A stretch of 59,529 nucleotides of DNA, taken from Candidatus Limnocylindrales bacterium. Its GTDB lineage: Bacteria; Chloroflexota; Limnocylindria; Limnocylindrales; CSP1-4. Both the position numbers and the translations under genes were made by a program. Below are positions 54,610 through 59,529 of this stretch, piece after piece; within the stretch, counting starts at the first letter, position 1; every line of letters starts with the position of its first letter. Under the pieces are notes generated by a model. It ran no database searches. It was not told the DNA's origin and saw nothing but the letters and a program-made list of their open reading frames with translations. The stretch lies in the NCBI GenBank assembly GCA_035764655.1, contig DASTYU010000071.1, positions 1 through 59,529 on the forward strand. Reading direction: 5' to 3'.

Positions 54610-55169
54610 AAGACCTCCCCGTTCACTGTGACCTTGGCCAGCACCAATACCCAGAGGATGACTTCGACCCCAAGCGAAATCGCTCCGATCTGGAACGCGA
54701 CGAACATCCGACCGAGTCGTTTGCGGTGGGCCGTGATCGAGTCTTGGTTCAGGTCTGCGAGTCTCTTGTGGAGTCTCCAGAGTTCGTCATACTTCGGCCC
54801 TTCGATCATCTCGATGAGCTTCTTTGCGTCGAATGCGAAGCTCCATCTGCCACGCGGCCAGAGGATGTAGAGGGACGCCACCATCGTCACCCCGAATGCG
54901 ACCACCGCGGCCCAGCCTCCAATGCCGAGGCCTGGCCGGTCCCTGATGGCGGGGGTTGCAAGCAGCGCCGTCACTACGTTTGCGGCTGTGATCAGCAGTC
55001 CGGATCGGGTGCGGGCGCTTTCGAGCACGCCGGCCTGCTGAGTGAGACCGCGGACCGACTCCTGGTATGCGAGCTCATAGAACTTGCTGCGGTCGCTCGC
55101 CACCGGCCCGGTTTGTGCAACCTCAGTCGACAACGACGGGGTGGACGCCTCTTCTTCAGCGGAGGCCAT
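54606..55169 (-). CDS. 187-aa three-TM membrane protein (unknown function), low-G+C
   Basis: Hydrophobic helices SGLLITAANVVTALLATPAI, GIGGWAAVVAFGVTMVASLYILW and MFVAFQIGAISLGVEVILWVLVLA. Codon usage is distinct from neighbouring genes. Confidence 0.6.
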   Translation of the reverse strand: MASAEEEASTPSLSTEVAQTGPVASDRSKFYELAYQESVRGLTQQAGVLESARTRSGLLITAANVVTALLATPAIRDRPGLGIGGWAAVVAFGVTMVASLYILWPRGRWSFAFDAKKLIEMIEGPKYDELWRLHKRLADLNQDSITAHRKRLGRMFVAFQIGAISLGVEVILWVLVLAKVTVNGEVL

Positions 55170-55217
55170 GAACCGAGGATAGCCCGTGGCGAAAGGCCCG
55201 CCTGACCAATTGGGCTG

Positions 55218-55919
55218 TCAGGGCATCGTCGGTCCGGCGACCTCCTTTGCTCGCCTCAATACGGCCTCCAGCATGGTCGGGGTGAGCTTGCCGGTGAACG
55301 TGTTCTGCTGGCTCGGGTGGTAGGTGCCCAATAGCTCGTACGGCCCGATCGCGACCTCCGCGCCGTGCCCGAACCGCGGCTTGGGCCGCACGGCGTAGCC
55401 CTGTTCCGCGAGGACGCGCAGCCCGGCGTCCCAGCCGAACGCACCGAGCGCCACGATCACGCGGACGCGCGCCAGCAGCCCGAGCTCGAGCGCCAGCCAT
55501 GGCGCGCACGTGTCGCGCTCCTCGATCGTCGGCTTGTTGGCGGGCGGCGCGCAGCGCACCGACGCGGTGATGTAGGTGTCGAAGAGGGTCAGCCCGTCGT
55601 CGGCACGCCGGCTCGACGGCCGGTCGGCCAGCCCGACCGCGTGGAGGGCGGCAAACAGGAAATCGCCAGACGCGTCGCCCGTGAAGACGCGGCCGGTTCG
55701 GTTGCCGCCGTGGGCTGCCGGCGCCAGGCCGAGCAGCAGGATCCGCGCGTCCGGGTCGCCGAAACCCGGAACCGGCCGCGCCCAGTAGGTCTCGTCGCGG
55801 AACCGGGCCACCCTGACTCGCGCCACGTGCTCCCGCCATTCCACGAGGCGCGGGCAACGGCGGCACTCGACGACCTCGGCGGTGAGCGCCGCGAGGGCCG
55901 CCCGATCGGTGCCGGTCAC
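55218..55919 (-). CDS. udgB: Uracil-DNA glycosylase, family 5 (UdgB)-like
   Basis: CRRCPRLVEWRE, GLAPAAHGGNRTGRVFTGD (family-5 type GLAPA motif), LGTYHPSQQN. GTG 55919. Confidence 0.87.
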   Translation of the reverse strand: MTGTDRAALAALTAEVVECRRCPRLVEWREHVARVRVARFRDETYWARPVPGFGDPDARILLLGLAPAAHGGNRTGRVFTGDASGDFLFAALHAVGLADRPSSRRADDGLTLFDTYITASVRCAPPANKPTIEERDTCAPWLALELGLLARVRVIVALGAFGWDAGLRVLAEQGYAVRPKPRFGHGAEVAIGPYELLGTYHPSQQNTFTGKLTPTMLEAVLRRAKEVAGPTMP

Positions 55920-55921
55920 CG

Positions 55922-56722
55922 CTACTTCAGCAGCAGCTTGCCGAGCCGCCGGTTCGTGATCGCCAACCCGATCAGGCCCATCGCGGCCAGGTACACCACG
56001 TGGACGAGCAGGACCGGCGTGATATGGCCGACGGCCAACGACCGGATGAGGTCGACGCCCTGGTACAGCGGCGTCACTCGGACGACCCACTGGAGCGCCT
56101 CGGGATACGTCTCGAGCGGATAGAACGTGGCCGAGAACAGGAACAGCGGCAGGATCACGAGCTGGATGAGGTCGAAGTCCTGCCATGTCCGCATGAACGA
56201 GGTCGCCGCCATCCCGACCGCCGCGAACGCGAATCCAACCAGCAGCGCTGCCGGGAAGGCAAGGATCAGCCACGGCGACACCCACAACCCCAGCAGCGCC
56301 ATGACGACCAGGAACCCGACGGCGTACAGGCCGCCACGGATCAGCGCCCAGCCGATCTCGCCGAGAGCCACGTCGCCGACGCTCATCGGGGTGGACAGGA
56401 TCGCGTCGTACGTCTTCTGGTAGTTGAGCTTGAAGAAGACGTTGAACGTGCTCTCCATGATCGCGCCGTTCATCGATGCACTGGCGAGCAGCGCCGGCGC
56501 CACGAACAGCTGGTAGCTGATCTCCTGGCCGCCGGGCCCGGTCACCGTGCCGATCAGCGCGCCGAGCCCGAAGCCGATCCCGAGCAGGTAGAACAGCGGC
56601 TCGAAGAAGCCCGAGAAGATGACGATCCATGTCCGCCGGTAGACGTACAGGTTGCGCTCGATCATCAGGCCGGCCCGCCGCCCACCGAGGAGCAGTGGCG
56701 GAGTGAGTCGGAGGGCAGTCAT
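55922..56722 (-). CDS. ABC-2 type exporter permease
   Basis: Six TM segments and the ABC-2 pattern (ERNLYVYRRTW...TPLYQGVDLIR). ATGA overlap with the upstream permease. Confidence 0.85.
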   Translation of the reverse strand: MTALRLTPPLLLGGRRAGLMIERNLYVYRRTWIVIFSGFFEPLFYLLGIGFGLGALIGTVTGPGGQEISYQLFVAPALLASASMNGAIMESTFNVFFKLNYQKTYDAILSTPMSVGDVALGEIGWALIRGGLYAVGFLVVMALLGLWVSPWLILAFPAALLVGFAFAAVGMAATSFMRTWQDFDLIQLVILPLFLFSATFYPLETYPEALQWVVRVTPLYQGVDLIRSLAVGHITPVLLVHVVYLAAMGLIGLAITNRRLGKLLLK

Positions 56723-57564
56723 CCGCGGACCAGCCTGGCGCTGATAGTGCGCACCGCGGCGGCGGCACCGGCGGCCGCAAACGCGACGAGGATCGCCGCG
56801 TGGGCCAGCATCAGCAGCGGCTCCTCGGCCGCGGTGCCGAGCGACAGCCCGCGACTCAACGCGACGCCGTGGTACAGCGGCGTCAGCCACGCGATCGGCT
56901 GCAGGAAGGCGGGCAGTGATTCGATCGGGAAGAACGTGCCGGAGAAGAGGAACAGCGGGGTGATGCCGAAGCGGAACACCGCGTTGAACTTTTCCACGGT
57001 CCGCTGGGTGGCCGAGAAGGCCGCGATAGGGCCGGCGAACGCCAACCCGGTGAGCAGCCCGACCGGGATCGCCAGCACGATCAGGGGCGACGCCGCTGCC
57101 CCGAACAGCGCCGTGACCAGCACGAACACGGACGACACGAGGAGCACGCGGAAGCCGATCCACGCGAGGTTGCCGAGCGCGATGTCGCGCGGTCGAAGCG
57201 GCGTCGCGTACATCGCGTGGTACACCCGGTTCCAGACGAGGCCGCCCATAATCGGGAACGTCGCCTCGAACGACGCTGTCTGCATGGCGGTGGCCGCCAG
57301 CAGTCCAGGCGCCAGGAAGGCCAGGTAGCTCACGCCGCCCAACTCCGCGGTTGCACTCTGGTCGACGTACGTGCCGAGGCCGACGCCCATCGCGGCGAGG
57401 AACAGCGCCGGCCCGACGAACGAGTTGAAGATCGACGAGCGGAACGTGCGCCGGTACGACAGCAGGCGGTATTCGAAGACGCGGGCGATCCCCGATGACC
57501 AGGCGATGGCTGCCGGCGCGGGACCCGCCGGGGCGCTCCCCGCGGGCTGGCTGATGGCGGTCAT
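56719..57564 (-). CDS. ABC-2 type exporter permease (paralog)
   Basis: FEYRLLSYRRTFRSSIFNSF...TPLYHGVALSR; six TM segments. ATGA overlap with the ATPase. Confidence 0.85.
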   Translation of the reverse strand: MTAISQPAGSAPAGPAPAAIAWSSGIARVFEYRLLSYRRTFRSSIFNSFVGPALFLAAMGVGLGTYVDQSATAELGGVSYLAFLAPGLLAATAMQTASFEATFPIMGGLVWNRVYHAMYATPLRPRDIALGNLAWIGFRVLLVSSVFVLVTALFGAAASPLIVLAIPVGLLTGLAFAGPIAAFSATQRTVEKFNAVFRFGITPLFLFSGTFFPIESLPAFLQPIAWLTPLYHGVALSRGLSLGTAAEEPLLMLAHAAILVAFAAAGAAAAVRTISARLVRG

Positions 57565-58508
57565 TCGATGAGCGACCGGCCGGTCAGGCGCAGGAAGACG
57601 TCCTCGAGCGATGACCGCCGGACGAGCACGGTCTCCGGCTGCAGGCCGCGCGCGTGGATGGCGGCCGCCGCCGCATCGCCGTCCTCGGCGTAGACGAGGA
57701 TCCGGTCGGGCAGCCGTTCGATCCGCTCACCGATCCCGTCCAGCTGGCCGTCGAGCGTCTCCTGGACGCCCTCCGGGAAGCGCAGTTCGGTGACCTCGCG
57801 CGTCGAGTAGCGCTCGATCAGGTCGCGCGGCGATCCCTCGGCCACGATCTTTGCCTTGTCCATCACGACGAGGCGGTCGCACAGCTGCTCGGCTTCGTCC
57901 ATGTAGTGGGTCGTGAGGACCAGCGTCACGCCACGCTGCTTGAGGCGGTACAGGCGGTCCCAGACCAGGTGGCGGGCCTGCGGGTCGAGACCGGTGGTCG
58001 GCTCGTCGAGGAGCAGCAGCCGCGGGTCGTTGATCAACGAGCGGGCGATCGTCAGGCGCCGCTTCATGCCGCCGGACAGCGGCTCGACCTGGTCGTTGCC
58101 ACGCTCGCTGAGCTGGGCGAAATCGAGCAGCTCGTCCGCGCGTCGCGCGGCCTCCGAGCGCGCCAATCCGAAGTAGCGACCGTAGATGATGAGGTTCTCG
58201 CGGGTTGTCAGCTCCTCGTCCAGCGTGTCGCGCTGGGGCACGACCCCGAGCTGGGCACGGATCCGCGAACCGTCGCGGGCCGGGTCCAGGCCAAGGACCC
58301 TGAGCGTCCCGTCCGTCACCGGCGAGACGCACGCGATCATCCGCATCGTCGTCGTCTTGCCGGCGCCGTTGGGGCCGAGGAATCCGAAGGACTCACCCTG
58401 GGCGACGTCGAAATCGATGTGGTCGACCGCGGTGAAGCCGGCGTATCGCTTCGTCAGCGCGCGGGCATGGATCAGCGCGGAGTCCTGCGACTCCAGGGGT
58501 TCGGGCAT
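57561..58508 (-). CDS. ABC transporter ATP-binding protein (DrrA/NodI-like)
   Basis: GPNGAGKTTTMRMI, LSGGMKRRLTIARSL, LLLLDEPTTGLD. ATG 58508. Confidence 0.9.
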   Translation of the reverse strand: MPEPLESQDSALIHARALTKRYAGFTAVDHIDFDVAQGESFGFLGPNGAGKTTTMRMIACVSPVTDGTLRVLGLDPARDGSRIRAQLGVVPQRDTLDEELTTRENLIIYGRYFGLARSEAARRADELLDFAQLSERGNDQVEPLSGGMKRRLTIARSLINDPRLLLLDEPTTGLDPQARHLVWDRLYRLKQRGVTLVLTTHYMDEAEQLCDRLVVMDKAKIVAEGSPRDLIERYSTREVTELRFPEGVQETLDGQLDGIGERIERLPDRILVYAEDGDAAAAAIHARGLQPETVLVRRSSLEDVFLRLTGRSLIE

Positions 58509-58576
58509 GGAGCCGCATGGTACTCCCACGCCGTGCCAGAAGCCGTCAGGATCGTCCTCGCCGCCGCTTGCGAAAC

Positions 58577-58596
58577 GTGCTACACTGCGGTAGCAC
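58577..58596. promoter_or_regulatory. Perfect inverted repeat GTGCTAC-N6-GTAGCAC in the divergent promoter region
   Basis: gtgctacactgcggtagcac lies between the ABC ATPase start (58508) and the PNPOx-like start (58631). Confidence 0.35.
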
Positions 58597-58630
58597 GGAT
58601 GCACTTGAACGCGCAGGAGCCGAAACGGAC

Positions 58631-59113
58631 ATGCCACCCATTCCCGAACCCGTCGAGCGACTGCTCGAGGCGGCGCTCGTCGGCGAGCTGACCGTCGTCG
58701 ACGGACACGGCCGGCCGGTCACGTACCCCCTGATTCCCCTCTACGACGGGGAACGGATCTACCTGACGTCGTCGGCGCTCTTCAGCCGAAAGCTCGAGCA
58801 CATTCGAGCCAATGCGAAGGTGTCGCTGTCGATCACCGACCCGGTTGCCGTCGGCGGCGCCGCGGACCGCGCAACGATCCAGGGCGATGCTCGCGTCATC
58901 GAGGACGACCCCCACGGAGGCTGGGAGCGGTTGCTGCCCATCTGGGAGGCGAAGGAGCCGGCCATCGTGGCGTTCCTCAAGGAACGGGTCGCCCTTCCGC
59001 TCTTCTTCGAGCGAGCCCTGATCGAGATCACGCCGCGCCGGGTCCTCTACTGGCCGGACGGCAACGCCGGGACCGTTCCGCGGGTGAGTGTCGTCCGGGA
59101 GGAGGCCGCCTGA
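58631..59113 (+). CDS. Pyridoxamine 5'-phosphate oxidase (PNPOx)-like split-barrel family protein
   Basis: LEAALVGELTVVDGHGRPVTYPLIPLYDGERIYLTSS...ATIQGDARVIED is typical of the PNPOx/F420-binding split-barrel family. ATG 58631. Confidence 0.72.
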   Translation: MPPIPEPVERLLEAALVGELTVVDGHGRPVTYPLIPLYDGERIYLTSSALFSRKLEHIRANAKVSLSITDPVAVGGAADRATIQGDARVIEDDPHGGWERLLPIWEAKEPAIVAFLKERVALPLFFERALIEITPRRVLYWPDGNAGTVPRVSVVREEAA

Positions 59114-59529
59114 TGCGTCCGACACCGGCACTCAGTCCCGGCGACGGGCTTGCGAAGCTCGCCACCTATCCCTACTCGGTGTTGACGTGGGTCGAGCCGA
59201 CCGGCTACCCCGTCAGCGTCGCGGTCGACGTCGAGTTCGACGCGGCCACCGGCACCGTCCGCTTCGAGCGACCGGCCGGACTCGCCGTCCCCTTGGATCG
59301 CGAGATCTCGCTGACCGGTTCGCACATTCGCCCGCAGCCCGGCTACGGTTACGACGAGCGGCGCCACGTGACCGTGTGGGGTCATGCACAGCCGGCCGAG
59401 GGCGATCGGCTGGCGGTCACGCCGTCCTCGGCGTGGGGCTGGGACGAGGCCGAGGTTCCCTTCTTCGAGTATTCGGAGCGTTCGATCGGCAAGGCACGCC
59501 GCTACTTCGACGCCCTGTCGCGCGAGCGC
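59113..59529 (+). CDS. Hypothetical protein, possibly a second split-barrel paralog; 3' end runs off the window
   Basis: Absent from the ORF track (no in-window stop). The ATG at 59113 overlaps the previous stop (TGATG). It translates without stops for 139 codons: MRPTPALSPGDGLAKLATYPYSVLTWVEPTGYPVSVAVDVEFD... Confidence 0.6.
   Translation, partial: MRPTPALSPGDGLAKLATYPYSVLTWVEPTGYPVSVAVDVEFDAATGTVRFERPAGLAVPLDREISLTGSHIRPQPGYGYDERRHVTVWGHAQPAEGDRLAVTPSSAWGWDEAEVPFFEYSERSIGKARRYFDALSRER

Overview
High-G+C bacterial chromosomal window; the few 60-nt lines I hand-counted in ordinary genes are about 70% G+C. It is densely coding. I can support about 62 protein genes. I found no rRNA, no intact tRNA, no CRISPR array and no transposase or integrase. 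From left to right: a partial FAD oxidoreductase and a GcvT-family aminomethyltransferase; two tandem RlpA-like secreted proteins, each behind a structured leader; an ABC-2 exporter pair; a cobalamin-riboswitch-controlled FecCD/ATPase importer with a small lipoprotein instead of a normal binding protein; a SWIM zinc-finger mini-protein next to a 640-bp non-coding stretch carrying a repeated dyad motif. A 34-kb run of co-directional minus-strand genes follows. It holds manC-PMM-cupin, the SAM cycle/methionine salvage operon apt-mtnA-GNAT-ahcY-S9 peptidase-metK, MFS-RNHCP-plsY, the glycerol/dihydroxyacetone cluster glpF-dhaK-dhaL-glpK-dhaM-HPr-glpABC with two tandem GlpP antiterminators, and mfd, pth, ybeY, pgpH, yqeY and rpsU. 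After that come an acyl-CoA synthetase, a stand-alone PASTA protein and a 1196-aa DUF11-repeat surface protein. The right end holds HIT-mtaB-prmA-dnaJ, a low-G+C two-gene cassette of unknown function, udgB, an ABC-2 exporter and PNPOx-like genes. Best candidates for something new: (1) the compositionally foreign 3-TM protein plus acidic coiled-coil micro-protein cassette at 54.4-55.2 kb; (2) the B12-riboswitch ABC importer with an unrecognised Cys-containing lipoprotein; (3) candidate c-di-AMP-type leaders upstream of the RlpA paralogs; (4) two genes whose only sensible start codon is CTG; (5) the duplicated GlpP plus a leader terminator in front of glpF. All calls come from reading translations and motifs by eye. 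No database search was run.
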